From a virus (taxonomy: Duplodnaviria; Caudoviricetes), in IMG/VR virus record IMGVR_UViG_3300009031_000221, positions 352,001 through 416,000 of that record: DNA of 64,000 bases; one strand, 5' to 3'. Shown here piece after piece: positions 17,750 to 27,670 of this stretch. The translations under genes were made by a program, and so were the position numbers. Position 1 is the first letter of the stretch; each line of letters begins with the position of its first letter. The notes under the pieces were generated by a model, which worked only from the letters and a program-made list of their open reading frames with translations, did not search any database and was not told the origin of the DNA.

Positions 17750-18636
17750 TTTGGTTCCTTCATTGCAAGTTCTTCTTCCTCAAACTGCAAGTCGATTGTT
17801 ACGGGTTCCCTCACGGTAGCAATGCCCTGTAGGAGGTCAGCAATAGGCGTAGGAACCTCGTAGGGCAATCCCGCGACATCTACTGGAGTGGTTGCAATCT
17901 GTGCCGTAGCGCTCAATGCAGTCATTGACGAAAGCCAATTGACAAACCCTGTAACATCAAGCTGAATCTTGGCATCCAACTGAGCCTGGAGTTGCATATT
18001 CTGTTGCTCCAAGGCCTCCATGCGGTAATGAACCTGCTCCATCTGCGTATCGAGGTTCCTGATACGCCCTTTTGCCTCAGCGACAGCCCCCGGAACATCG
18101 CCCAGGAAAGTAGGACAATTCAATGGCACAAGGCTCGTTATAGCTATCCCGTAAGCATCGACGTAGTGATAGTTCATCCCTTTGCGATCTACCCGGATCA
18201 AATCCCTTCGTTCCGTCACCCCACAAACCCGGCACGTCTTTTGTTGGCCTCCATTGTCATTGAGCCAATCGGGGAAATTCTTGTTTCGGGGATCCTGAGG
18301 GTCGTTTCCCCAATCATGTTGCGTCTCTGGGTGAGGTTTGACACCGGTAGCCTGAGGCACCTTTTCCAAATCAATTGTGCCCTGGTCATTTACGAAATAC
18401 TTAGGGCGTGCGAGTTTTTTGGGTCGTTCCGGGAACGTTTGTTGCGAAGTATGGGCAATAGGTGTCGCTGATGCTACGGGTGCTAAATTAGCCCTAGAAG
18501 CCGGAATAATTGCCTGTTCTGAGGCAGGAGGCGCTGCAGCCGCAAGGATTCGTGCCCGTTCCGCCTCCAAAGCGATTGCCTTGGGACTTCCTGGGACAGG
18601 TTCAGGTTTGCGGGGTCGTGCGGGTAGCTGTGACAT
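17746..18636 (-). CDS. hypothetical protein (Pro-rich N-terminus, CxxC, coiled coil)
   Basis: Start moved to MSQLP (GAGG SD). Confidence 0.6.
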   Translation of the reverse strand: MSQLPARPRKPEPVPGSPKAIALEAERARILAAAAPPASEQAIIPASRANLAPVASATPIAHTSQQTFPERPKKLARPKYFVNDQGTIDLEKVPQATGVKPHPETQHDWGNDPQDPRNKNFPDWLNDNGGQQKTCRVCGVTERRDLIRVDRKGMNYHYVDAYGIAITSLVPLNCPTFLGDVPGAVAEAKGRIRNLDTQMEQVHYRMEALEQQNMQLQAQLDAKIQLDVTGFVNWLSSMTALSATAQIATTPVDVAGLPYEVPTPIADLLQGIATVREPVTIDLQFEEEELAMKEPK

Positions 18637-18725
18637 AGTGCCCTCATGAAAACTCGTCCCAATAATACAGCGGATCGATGCAAATAAGATCAATCCTCGG
18701 TAGAATACCCCTCGAGGTATTTCAC

Positions 18726-19313
18726 ATGATTAGCCCTGCGTCACAACACCACGATCTTGCTATGATGATTCTAGTAGGGCGTAGTCTACCGAACGGTATT
18801 CCTTGGACTTTAGAAGAGGACAAGGAACTCATCATTCGGGAACGCCTTCTGTGGGCACAAATGACCACGGAAGAGCAAACGGAATCACAAGAATATTTGG
18901 CGGAGTTGTGGAATAAACGTGGTGCCGTCAGAAATGTCACGGTTGAATCTTCATGGGGGAAGTGGGCGATGAAGCTCCCCTCCGAAATCGTAGTGCCAGA
19001 TTCTGCGTTCGGTATGGCCTCCGCTGGATTCCGGCCTTGGGTTCGAGGGCCTTGGGATGCGACTGAACCCATGCAATGGCTATGGCTACGAGGATTCCAG
19101 GTTGTAGACGTGTCCATCAACAGTATAACCATGGTTATACCGCCGCATCGAACCGTGCAAGAATCGGAACGCCTCATGAGGATGTTGGTACTCCGTGGGG
19201 TGGAGCTAGGGCCGAATGGCAGGGAATCAAATAAAACTTCAATCAAGTCCAGCTACGATCCGTTGACGGGCGTGGCGACACTGGAATTGCTTCACCCTCT
19301 ATGGGGGATTTGA
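18726..19313 (+). CDS. hypothetical protein
   Basis: First gene of a + strand block; GAGGT SD. Confidence 0.6.
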   Translation: MISPASQHHDLAMMILVGRSLPNGIPWTLEEDKELIIRERLLWAQMTTEEQTESQEYLAELWNKRGAVRNVTVESSWGKWAMKLPSEIVVPDSAFGMASAGFRPWVRGPWDATEPMQWLWLRGFQVVDVSINSITMVIPPHRTVQESERLMRMLVLRGVELGPNGRESNKTSIKSSYDPLTGVATLELLHPLWGI

Positions 19314-19565
19314 ATGGACAAGTGTTCTAAGTGCGAAGGCGACCTTGCTATTGGCATGAAACGGGTAGTCACTCAGGGTGAGGACATCCGTATCGTGGAA
19401 GGAGTACCTTGCTTCAAGTGCACACAATGCGGGCATACCTCATTGACGCCTGAAGTCATTGCACAGATTTCCGAAATAGCTAAAGAGGATCCACCGTTAG
19501 GCCTAACGGCAGTTCGGGTCATTCCATATCATGTGACGAGCATCGCTGCTCCTCAAGGGGAATAA
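19314..19565 (+). CDS. YgiT/MqsA-type zinc-finger protein
   Basis: CSKCEG...IRIVEGVPCFKCTQCGHTSLTPEV. Confidence 0.7.
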   Translation: MDKCSKCEGDLAIGMKRVVTQGEDIRIVEGVPCFKCTQCGHTSLTPEVIAQISEIAKEDPPLGLTAVRVIPYHVTSIAAPQGE

Positions 19566-19568
19566 TCA

Positions 19569-20183
19569 ATGCCATTGCTAGTTGACGTAGTACATCCTTC
19601 TCCCGAGTGGAAGGGCTGGATCCTGGATGATAAGGTAGGCACTGTATTCTATTATCATCCATTTGGGGATGAAATCATTTCGCAATCGGCGGCATCGAAG
19701 GTGCTTATCCAGGAATTCGATATTATGGCAGTAGTTCACTGCTGGGAGGGGCCTACCAAAGCAGCTGCAAAGGCAGCGTGGTCTCTTCAAGACAATATTG
19801 CCAATCGTATCACAGCATTGATGGAATCCACATACGGGAATAACATCAATACGTCTCCTCAAGAGGTCAATCAGGTTCTGATCACCTTGCGGCATAACGT
19901 ACGAGTCACTCCGGTAGCTAATCCTGCGGGGCACTGGATGTTTAGCCTGAAGATTGGGTTGGCGCTCTACCTACGAGACAATCCATGCGGGGTTGCATTG
20001 CAGACAATGAAGAAACCATTTGATCGGTATTGGCTTGACAAATTCAATTATGTCATCCCGGAGGCCCCGGATATGGAATACGCAGAAGTCGGGCCGTGGA
20101 TGGAACGCCAAGTGCGAAAGGCCTTGGGGTTCGGGGATCTTGTACGGGTCACAAGGCAACCCCGCATTGAGGTGCTCGCATGA
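19569..20183 (+). CDS. hypothetical protein
   Basis: 204-aa ORF in the + block. Confidence 0.55.
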   Translation: MPLLVDVVHPSPEWKGWILDDKVGTVFYYHPFGDEIISQSAASKVLIQEFDIMAVVHCWEGPTKAAAKAAWSLQDNIANRITALMESTYGNNINTSPQEVNQVLITLRHNVRVTPVANPAGHWMFSLKIGLALYLRDNPCGVALQTMKKPFDRYWLDKFNYVIPEAPDMEYAEVGPWMERQVRKALGFGDLVRVTRQPRIEVLA

Positions 20184-20542
20184 TCGAGGTCGTTCACAAG
20201 TCTTTAGGGTCGTTGCTTGTCGCCCTTGCGGATTGCAAGGAGGCGGGAAGCGACACACATGCTAGGGTAAATGGACAAAGGGTAATTGGGTTTCTCGATA
20301 CCAAGACCCAAACATGGCACTATGCCGCTATCAATCACGTAATTACAAAGCGATGTTGGTTTGGCGGGTGTGTGGGTTCGGATCTCAATTGCATATGTGG
20401 TGCGGAGCGTAGCCCGCAGCCACAGGAACAAGTTCTTGCCCGATTGGGTTTGACCTTGGAATCCCTACGGGAAACACTCAAGACACCATTCACTCGCGGT
20501 GTCCTATTTGGAAAGGCAGGGAAAACACAACATGAAGCGTAA
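20180..20542 (+). CDS. hypothetical protein
   Basis: ATGA overlap with the previous gene. Confidence 0.5.
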   Translation: MIEVVHKSLGSLLVALADCKEAGSDTHARVNGQRVIGFLDTKTQTWHYAAINHVITKRCWFGGCVGSDLNCICGAERSPQPQEQVLARLGLTLESLRETLKTPFTRGVLFGKAGKTQHEA

Positions 20543-20897
20543 AGAAATCGTATCTATGTTGAACGATATGTTTCCACATGAGACAAAGGCGTACCAAAAA
20601 ATCGTTGTCTATGTCGATATCGGCAAGAACAAACATGGGTTCTCACAGACTTACAGGCTGTGCTCTATCCAGGAGATGGGGGATAACTGTGTGCCTAGTG
20701 CGGAGAAGATCTGTGAATTCGATAAGGGCAGCTTTATGGTCTCCCATTCGTGGAAAGGAAGCGGCGGGCAATCGAAGGCAAAGACTCTTGGGGAAGTCGG
20801 AAGGATCGTAAAGGAACTCCGTGAACACTTTATGGCAGAGGTTAAAGCTGAGCCGGAGAAGTACGATGTAGTGAGGAATGGCGATGCAAACTCCTAA
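20532..20897 (+). CDS. hypothetical protein
   Basis: Start moved to MKRKE. Confidence 0.5.
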   Translation: MKRKEIVSMLNDMFPHETKAYQKIVVYVDIGKNKHGFSQTYRLCSIQEMGDNCVPSAEKICEFDKGSFMVSHSWKGSGGQSKAKTLGEVGRIVKELREHFMAEVKAEPEKYDVVRNGDANS

Positions 20898-21276
20898 TCG
20901 TATGTATGAATGGACTTCGATTGCCACACCTCCGAATACTGCTCGAGAGGTGTTGGCTTGGTATCTCGATAACAGGACTGATAATCAGGTGGGCTTTGTT
21001 CACATGATGCTTTACGCCAGTGGCAAGTGGTATCGGGACGGCAACATGTACATTGGTACAGAATGGCCCGAGCCTTCACATTGGCGTGACATCCCTGCCG
21101 GCCCCGGTGAAGAAACCCAGGACGAGATTGACCGTCGTGCGGTTATGGCGTGGCTGGATGGAGGGTGTGTAGGGGATCCACCTAGCCGGTGGCGCTATCT
21201 ATGTGCTACATGTGCGTGTGTTTCGAGGAAGAAGCAAGAATACAAGCCCGAACCCAGCCCCAAGTGGCGGCGCTAG
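20878..21276 (+). CDS. DUF551-like phage protein
   Basis: W.SI..PP...EVL.W...PSHWRDIP.GP. Confidence 0.55.
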   Translation: MAMQTPNRMYEWTSIATPPNTAREVLAWYLDNRTDNQVGFVHMMLYASGKWYRDGNMYIGTEWPEPSHWRDIPAGPGEETQDEIDRRAVMAWLDGGCVGDPPSRWRYLCATCACVSRKKQEYKPEPSPKWRR

Positions 21277-21689
21277 AACCAAAGGTTATAGAAATATTTG
21301 TGAAATAGGTCCATGCCCGCGTCTAGCGTCTTTCCCTTTTCACTATCATACTTGTCATGCCAGTAGTCATCGGAAGCGATGATTTGGAATGCTGCAATCA
21401 TTCCGTCTACGGCATCCGTAGTCCTTTTCTTCCCGTCTTCGAATTCAGAGAAGCATCCCCAAGTCAACCCACAGCTAATTTCCACACGGTAACGCTTCAA
21501 CCGGGGCAGGATGAACCGTGCGATGGTGGAATCCAGGCTATAGGTTTCATGGTCATGGATAGGCACGGTCTCGAACGGGTAGACGCCTCGATCCCCTACA
21601 GGTTCGCGACAGGGGACAATGTATTCGGGGAGGGCCTTGATCTTATTTCGAGACTTCACGGGCTTCTTCGGCGGGTCTTGGGACTTCAA
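21273..21689 (-). CDS. conserved phage hypothetical protein
   Basis: ETYSLDSTIARFILPRLKRY...MI.AF...GMDLF.KYF.NLW. Confidence 0.65.
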   Translation of the reverse strand: MKSQDPPKKPVKSRNKIKALPEYIVPCREPVGDRGVYPFETVPIHDHETYSLDSTIARFILPRLKRYRVEISCGLTWGCFSEFEDGKKRTTDAVDGMIAAFQIIASDDYWHDKYDSEKGKTLDAGMDLFHKYFYNLWF

Positions 21690-21889
21690 CGAGTTTTCCT
21701 TTACGGTCTACGACCATGATGGTGGGGAGTCCTTCGGAGTTGTGCTTTGCAATCCGGCATGACCGACAGAAGTTGGGGGAACGAAACTTGGTCGCCGTAA
21801 ACAACCGGATGCCCTTATGGCAAATCGATTCCCGCTCCTCCGGAGGAAAGAAGTGCATTGTCTGATGAACACGAAGCCACATAGATACC

Positions 21890-22099
21890 TCACCAATGCG
21901 CTGGGGAATCATCATCGATGGCTGCCCGGATAGTACTCGTGATTACCTTGGTTTCCGCGGCATCCCCAATAGCACGGGCCATTGCCAAACGGGAATAGAT
22001 CTCCGCCATCTTGAGGTCATCGGGCCTGCTGTATCGGTCGTAACGCTGCAAGAGGTCACGTGCCCGGTCATTATCATTGATAATTGCAGTACATGCCAT
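21890..22099 (-). CDS. hypothetical protein
   Basis: Abuts its neighbours. Confidence 0.5.
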   Translation of the reverse strand: MACTAIINDNDRARDLLQRYDRYSRPDDLKMAEIYSRLAMARAIGDAAETKVITSTIRAAIDDDSPAHW

Positions 22100-22389
22100 T
22101 AGCTTTTCTCCTCTTCCGCCAATAGTTCACTCAACAACTTGGGAATGGCACCGTCCGCACAACGCCCGCACAGTTTCTTTGCGTTGGCCTTGATTTGTAC
22201 GTACAGGTCTTTCACAGCTTCCTCAGGGGTAGCCCCTGAGCCGTGAAGCCAAACGCCGTAAGGGTCACTCCTGGGAGAATTCACCTGAGGGCCATTAAGC
22301 TCCCATAGACCAGGGCGGCTCATATGAATCCGTGCCCCGTAGAGTTGCCTCAGTACTTCTAGTTGGAACTCCCACAATGCCGGCCTCAT
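22099..22389 (-). CDS. hypothetical protein
   Basis: Abuts its neighbours. Confidence 0.5.
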   Translation of the reverse strand: MRPALWEFQLEVLRQLYGARIHMSRPGLWELNGPQVNSPRSDPYGVWLHGSGATPEEAVKDLYVQIKANAKKLCGRCADGAIPKLLSELLAEEEKS

Positions 22390-22871
22390 TGTTCATTATC
22401 CGGGATAGATGAATCATAGAAGGGATCGAGAGCGGAATTTCGGGGTGGGTTTGTACCCTTCTGTGTAGATGAATTCTTCTGTGTAGAAGAAGCGATAGTC
22501 GCACTGTACATCGTGATGGTATGCATGATGGGGCTGCTATCGCTGTAGTCCAGTTTCCCCAATTGAAGGGCACATATAGGCCCTTTCAATTCCCAGGTAA
22601 ACCCAACGATCATGGTAGGATCCAGGAACTTGATAGTCAGGTCGACGAAAGTCCCCCGATTCCGCAGGGACAGCAACTGTCCGATGAAGTCGTGATCGAC
22701 AGGCTGATAGACCTTCAGAACTGCCTTGATGCCGTTCGGGTCAGTGTGATCGAAATCGACCTCACGGACTAGGAATTGATCAATGCAAATCCTACCTTCT
22801 GCCTTCATTTCTGCCGTGAAACGATGTGCATTTGCGGGATTAAACAACAATGGGTTAACTTCTTCAGTCAT
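22386..22871 (-). CDS. T4 gp19-like tail-tube-fold protein
   Basis: LTIKFLDPT..VGFTWELKG.....LGKLDYSDSS....TITM. Confidence 0.5.
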   Translation of the reverse strand: MTEEVNPLLFNPANAHRFTAEMKAEGRICIDQFLVREVDFDHTDPNGIKAVLKVYQPVDHDFIGQLLSLRNRGTFVDLTIKFLDPTMIVGFTWELKGPICALQLGKLDYSDSSPIMHTITMYSATIASSTQKNSSTQKGTNPPRNSALDPFYDSSIPDNEQ

Positions 22872-23181
22872 CTTGGGACTCCAGTGGATATACTCGTTCG
22901 TTGCCTCGCCACAAACCTAATGGCGGGTCAATCAGGGAAAAAACCTCACGTCCAGTCAATGCAATCGCGATCTCCTGAACAATACCCTGAATAACCTTGT
23001 TTGCGACCTCGACTTCAGCCTTCTCTTTCACGAGTTCTTCCGGCGTGAATGGATATGTTTGATGAAAGGGTTGTTGCAACCAGTTCAAGGTTGCAAGCGC
23101 AACACTCAATTGTTGGTGCAATGCTTGAACAGCAACAATAGTTTCTTCGCCTGCAATCATGTTCAGAGGCTTCTTTTCCAT
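22864..23181 (-). CDS. hypothetical protein
   Basis: 105-aa helical ORF. Confidence 0.5.
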   Translation of the reverse strand: MEKKPLNMIAGEETIVAVQALHQQLSVALATLNWLQQPFHQTYPFTPEELVKEKAEVEVANKVIQGIVQEIAIALTGREVFSLIDPPLGLWRGNERVYPLESQDD

Positions 23182-23189
23182 GAATTCCC

Positions 23190-23528
23190 CTAGCCTGTAG
23201 GCATGTCCTTGCGTAATGACACTTCATGGTACGTCACACCGAGAAACTGCCGAATCTTGTCCCGTAGGATGCTTGCTATCATATCATCCATGTCCTCGAG
23301 ATTGGAACCTGGAGGCATGGTTACGGGGTGCGTATTGCAGTAATTCAATGCAAATTTCATCACGGTCATCGCCAAATCTGCCCCCGTGACGATTTCTTCC
23401 CATATGATGATCAGGTCTTTCGGGGAATCCGCAGCCTCCAATGTCATCTTGGCGGATGCAATCTCCTCCCGATAGATGGCAGTGACGCTAAATGGTTTGC
23501 CCTCGTGTAGATCATCCTCGGGATTCAT
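23190..23528 (-). CDS. hypothetical protein
   Basis: Start moved to MNPEDD. Confidence 0.5.
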   Translation of the reverse strand: MNPEDDLHEGKPFSVTAIYREEIASAKMTLEAADSPKDLIIIWEEIVTGADLAMTVMKFALNYCNTHPVTMPPGSNLEDMDDMIASILRDKIRQFLGVTYHEVSLRKDMPTG

Positions 23529-23851
23529 CCGGGTTCCTTTTCCTTGGTTTCCATGACGCTCCCAAGGGAGCAAGAAGCGCTACAGAATCCCGAACCCTTG
23601 AATGCCTGAATATCACACGCCTTCAGTTGGTACTCCGGGAGTATTTCTGTCGTCGATTGGAACGAATCTAGGACTCGGCGGGAACCGATACTAGGGTCAT
23701 TCCTCAGGGCACGTTCTGCGGCACTGGATGCCTGCAAGCACATGATCTTGCGGGTGAGATCGTCATCATTGTCCCCTGGGCTTTCCACATGAACCCGGAT
23801 TTCAATCTCGGTGGTCTGGCGGAGAATAACCTTGACAACGTGCGAAGTCAT
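23525..23851 (-). CDS. hypothetical protein
   Basis: ATGA overlap with the next gene. Confidence 0.5.
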   Translation of the reverse strand: MTSHVVKVILRQTTEIEIRVHVESPGDNDDDLTRKIMCLQASSAAERALRNDPSIGSRRVLDSFQSTTEILPEYQLKACDIQAFKGSGFCSASCSLGSVMETKEKEPG

Positions 23852-23870
23852 GCCGTTTCCTTGATTCACA

Positions 23871-23907
23871 AAGGGTATGGGCTAGCAGGCAACTAGCCCA
23901 TACCCTT
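23871..23907 (-). terminator. perfect 15-bp stem hairpin
   Basis: aagggtatgggctag-caggcaa-ctagcccataccctt, directly after the 23921 stop; weak U-tract. Confidence 0.65.
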
Positions 23908-23920
23908 CGGCTGGATGGGA

Positions 23921-24448
23921 CTACGAAGCAGCCTTTGCTGCGTCAAGCAATCCACGCATGTACTTCGCGGCAGAAATGCCCTTGGCCTTTGCCGTGGCCT
24001 GCAGCCACTCATGAACGTCATCGGGCACGCTCAGCCACACGGGCTTACCCGGATCCTTGGGCGTACGGGGTGCCTTGGCAACCTTGGGTTCTTTCACTGC
24101 CTTGACCTTCACTGCCTTGGGTTCTTTCACGGGCTTGGCCACAACAGGATCTGCCTCAATCGTTTCCGTGACAGCCGCAAGCGTTTCGTGGCTATCCGCC
24201 AACTCGGGGTTCAACTCGGGGGTAATGACTTCAGGCAATGCCTGGACAGTGATCTCCGCGACCCTTTCAGCCGTGAAGTCCTTGGGCGTAATACCGTGAT
24301 TGCGAAGATGATCATTCAGGCGAGTGATCGCGATATCCTGGGCAAACCCACGGGATACCAACTTCTGGACGGCCTGTTCAAAGCCCTCCTGAGTTTGAAG
24401 TGCCTGGAGGCGTTCGGGATTAGCAGTGGTAGGGGTAGCGGTAGTCAT
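23921..24448 (-). CDS. DNA-binding protein: K/A/P-rich linker plus C-terminal ribbon-helix-helix
   Basis: PVKEPKAVKVKAVKEPKVAKAPRTPK; VWLSVPDDVHEWLQATAKAKGISAAKYMRGLL. Confidence 0.65.
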   Translation of the reverse strand: MTTATPTTANPERLQALQTQEGFEQAVQKLVSRGFAQDIAITRLNDHLRNHGITPKDFTAERVAEITVQALPEVITPELNPELADSHETLAAVTETIEADPVVAKPVKEPKAVKVKAVKEPKVAKAPRTPKDPGKPVWLSVPDDVHEWLQATAKAKGISAAKYMRGLLDAAKAAS

Positions 24449-24463
24449 GGTGGGTTCTCCGTA

Positions 24464-25024
24464 TTATTTGGTGTTCTTTTTCTTGGGCTTCTTGACGAGG
24501 GGCGGCGGTGGAGGTACTTCAGCGTCCTCCCACTTGAACGTCATGATGGCGTTCAATGCTTCCCCTGCCTTGTTGACGAGATCCCATGAGCCTTTCATGG
24601 ATTCCTTCTTGACTTGTTTGTCCTGTACATCTACCCAACCCAGGGCATTATTAGCTGACCAAAATGCTTCAGCCATCTCCCGCCACCGGGCACTCAGGAC
24701 TTTCAACCCCATCTTGTCACAATCCAAGATGTTATCGAGTGCTGCATTGAATGACGCCATCAAGTGGTAGTGGATGATTTCCTTGCGGAGAGGCTCTACT
24801 GCATCCCAACAGATTTTCGCATATAAAGTGGTATCATCATTGAGGAAATCGACTGCGACATCGATCGCTTCCATCATTCCCTGTGAACGTTCGACATGGA
24901 TCGGGCAAGGATACTTCTCACTCATAGCATCCTTGCGTTCCTGGTCATATCCCGTCCACAACCCTCGCAAGGTGTGGTATGCCGTTTCCTTGAACTGAGG
25001 GTCAATCTGATTCCAAGACCTCAT
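24464..25024 (-). CDS. hypothetical protein
   Basis: 186-aa helical ORF with a basic tail. Confidence 0.55.
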   Translation of the reverse strand: MRSWNQIDPQFKETAYHTLRGLWTGYDQERKDAMSEKYPCPIHVERSQGMMEAIDVAVDFLNDDTTLYAKICWDAVEPLRKEIIHYHLMASFNAALDNILDCDKMGLKVLSARWREMAEAFWSANNALGWVDVQDKQVKKESMKGSWDLVNKAGEALNAIMTFKWEDAEVPPPPPLVKKPKKKNTK

Positions 25025-26250
25025 TTTGTATCCTTTCCAAATCCGATGGAGTGTGCGTCATCGTTGTCAGAATCCAGGCAAGGGGCAACTCCCCGCTTGT
25101 CATCCTTGGCAGCCCGATAAACCTCTGCCAACGTCATGCCATAGGTAAATTCGCGACGATTCACAGGCTTTACATCCCCCAGTTCACGATCGTAGACCCG
25201 CTGGGCCTGCGCGGTAGGCAGATGCTTGAAGTCATATGCCCGGCAAAGGCGCCCGTCCCGTAGCAATGCCTTGTCGATGTCCTGCTTCTTCGCGTTAGAG
25301 GTCGTCAGCAACCGAATGTCAAGTGCCCGACCCTGAATACCATCCGCCAGATTGAGAATGGCGGAAATGGCAGGCAGGTTGTCCAGTTGGCGACTCACAA
25401 GGCACTGATCTGCATCCTCTACGATCAGAACCGTCGGGATGCGTTTACGGGAAGTTTTGGAACGGCTTGTTACGTCATCCTCATCGGGGAGAAGGACAGT
25501 CAACAAATCCGGTGCCGCTACTGCCGTGATGACAGCAGGGGGCAACAGAATATAACGGCAGTTGGGTTGTGCCGCGATGATGCCCTCGAGGAAGTACGTC
25601 TTTCCTGTCCCAGGCAATCCAGTCAGGATGGACAACCGTCCACAAGGATTCGGGGCGGCAAGATCTTCTACCAGGTGATCGAAGATATCCTGTGCCTCAG
25701 GGTGATAGTTGTCTGGAATCAGGGCAGTTCCGCCTTCCCCAATGTTCATCAGGCGAGGGCCGTGCGACCCATTGACAATGACGGAGATCTTTGCACTGCC
25801 CGTGTCCCCGTCAATGAGAGGATCCAGGACTTCAATGACCTTCTCGATAGCTCCCAAATCAATGGAACCAATGCGAACACAGATGGATCCATCGCTGTAG
25901 GTATCGTAGTGGATGTACCCTTTGTCCCATACACGAATGGAATCGCCTTCGGGCTCATCGTTGAATGAACTCGAATAGGTGCCCATGTTCGTGTAGGACT
26001 TACGAATGAGGGGGTGTTCCTGAACGATGGATTGCAAATGCGGGATAATGGTGCCAATAGCCGCCCACAGTTCCTCTGTGGTTACGTTCAGGAACCCTTC
26101 AATCCCATGCGTGTGATAGACCTCATGGTGCTGCAATGCCCAAGTGGACATGACGGTGCGGAAGAAGTTCGGCCCCAGGCCTTCCCCGTGCTGGAGGTCG
26201 GCGGAGAAACTCACACGGCTAACTGCTTCATGGAACGGCATATCAGGCAT
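25021..26250 (-). CDS. AAA+ ATPase
   Basis: Walker A GLPGTGKT, Walker B IVEDAD, TSN sensor 1, ALLRDGR arginine finger. Confidence 0.9.
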   Translation of the reverse strand: MPDMPFHEAVSRVSFSADLQHGEGLGPNFFRTVMSTWALQHHEVYHTHGIEGFLNVTTEELWAAIGTIIPHLQSIVQEHPLIRKSYTNMGTYSSSFNDEPEGDSIRVWDKGYIHYDTYSDGSICVRIGSIDLGAIEKVIEVLDPLIDGDTGSAKISVIVNGSHGPRLMNIGEGGTALIPDNYHPEAQDIFDHLVEDLAAPNPCGRLSILTGLPGTGKTYFLEGIIAAQPNCRYILLPPAVITAVAAPDLLTVLLPDEDDVTSRSKTSRKRIPTVLIVEDADQCLVSRQLDNLPAISAILNLADGIQGRALDIRLLTTSNAKKQDIDKALLRDGRLCRAYDFKHLPTAQAQRVYDRELGDVKPVNRREFTYGMTLAEVYRAAKDDKRGVAPCLDSDNDDAHSIGFGKDTK

Positions 26251-26253
26251 TCG

Positions 26254-27003
26254 TTACTTCCAATTTGGTGGGAACTGATGTACGTCTCGACGATGTAGAT
26301 ACCCCAATACCTCTTGAACCATACTGGTCAACAGGAATCTTTCCGGGTTAGCCTGCGGAGGCGCTGTCCGCCTGACATCAATATCCTGCCCTGCCATGAC
26401 GGGAAGGCTGAATCGCCACTTGAGGTCCCCGTCATATTCCCTCCGGCCTACCAGGAAGCCTTCCCCGGCGCATTGTAGGGGCAGGATCAAGTTATTGTTG
26501 CCGTGCCGCCACTCCGGGGCTACCCGAGGCTCAAGGATATCGACCACGGCATCCGCAATTTCATTGATGCCCATGCCACAAGGGAATAGAACCTTGGCAC
26601 CCTGGACTGCTAGCTCCATGGCGACCTTGAGCCCTCCCGGCATGATGTCCCGGTCATTGAAGATCGCCAGGAATACGTTGAGCCCTGTCTGGATCATCTC
26701 CATCTTGGTTGCTGCGACCCACCCTGCGATATCATTGGGGGACTCAATGAGGTACTCATCCAGGACTGCTGCCGTCGAAGCATCCTTCCAAGGGTTTTCC
26801 GTAACGGTAGACACCCACTTGACTGCAACAACCCCTTGAGCATTCTTGCTCACGATGATGCGGTTAGGAAAGAAGTCCAGGGCATTGACGGGGTACCCTG
26901 ACGCCGTAATGAATTTCCCCTCGGCGTTCAGGTGCCCCTTACTTGCATAGGGGAATGCTTGTACAAGGCTCTGAATGGTTTCGTCTTCTAGGTTGTAGAA
27001 CAT
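26254..27003 (-). CDS. hypothetical protein
   Basis: 249-aa ORF. Confidence 0.6.
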   Translation of the reverse strand: MFYNLEDETIQSLVQAFPYASKGHLNAEGKFITASGYPVNALDFFPNRIIVSKNAQGVVAVKWVSTVTENPWKDASTAAVLDEYLIESPNDIAGWVAATKMEMIQTGLNVFLAIFNDRDIMPGGLKVAMELAVQGAKVLFPCGMGINEIADAVVDILEPRVAPEWRHGNNNLILPLQCAGEGFLVGRREYDGDLKWRFSLPVMAGQDIDVRRTAPPQANPERFLLTSMVQEVLGYLHRRDVHQFPPNWK

Positions 27004-27669
27004 CTAGCGTGCCTTCCACGCCTCATCAAGGCGTACAATTTCTTCTCTTACGATTTGAGCCAACATCTGGTCAAAGGCAATCATGTCCTTGTAGGGTTCC
27101 CATCGAGGGTCATCTTCAGGCCAAGGAGCCATTGCAAGGATGGGGCATACCCGCCAACCTAAGTCATCTACCAGGAACCGCTGAAGGTATTTCCAGTCTA
27201 CAGACCAATCAGGGATACCTTCAAGGTCTGAAGGTATCAGGATCGGATTTGGTTCGTGGTCATAGAGGTAGTATGGCACGGCTTTCATATAGCCCACAGG
27301 GTTGGATAACGCATTGAGTTGTTTACGCTTCCCTCCACGCAAGGCTAGCCATCGGCATATGCAATACATATAGCCGCGTTCCATAAAACATGTGGAGTAA
27401 TTGAATCCGATACGGAGATCCCCGTTCCCATAGCTCAGTTCCGCGTCCCCTACACGGAGGTAACTTGTAGGGTCATTCACTGTTGGATAGATCCAATTCT
27501 TCAAATTATCCCAGGGGCCACCCACGGGAATATCGTCCAATGCTTGGAAATGCTTGGACTTTAGCACGAATTGATGAAAAGGGCGCAAACCATTTGCGCC
27601 GCGAAGGAATTCGACGAACTCATCCCGGGCTTTGCGGGACTTCATAGGTGTAGATAGCGTGTAACCCAT
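27004..27669 (-). CDS. hypothetical protein
   Basis: 221-aa ORF. Confidence 0.6.
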   Translation of the reverse strand: MGYTLSTPMKSRKARDEFVEFLRGANGLRPFHQFVLKSKHFQALDDIPVGGPWDNLKNWIYPTVNDPTSYLRVGDAELSYGNGDLRIGFNYSTCFMERGYMYCICRWLALRGGKRKQLNALSNPVGYMKAVPYYLYDHEPNPILIPSDLEGIPDWSVDWKYLQRFLVDDLGWRVCPILAMAPWPEDDPRWEPYKDMIAFDQMLAQIVREEIVRLDEAWKAR

Positions 27670-27670
27670 T

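Noticed and set aside
21643-21915. Gene in the 21690-21890 gap (two overlapping candidate frames)
   Set aside because: Could not choose between 21643-21915 and 21708-21896 from sequence alone, so it was left uncalled.
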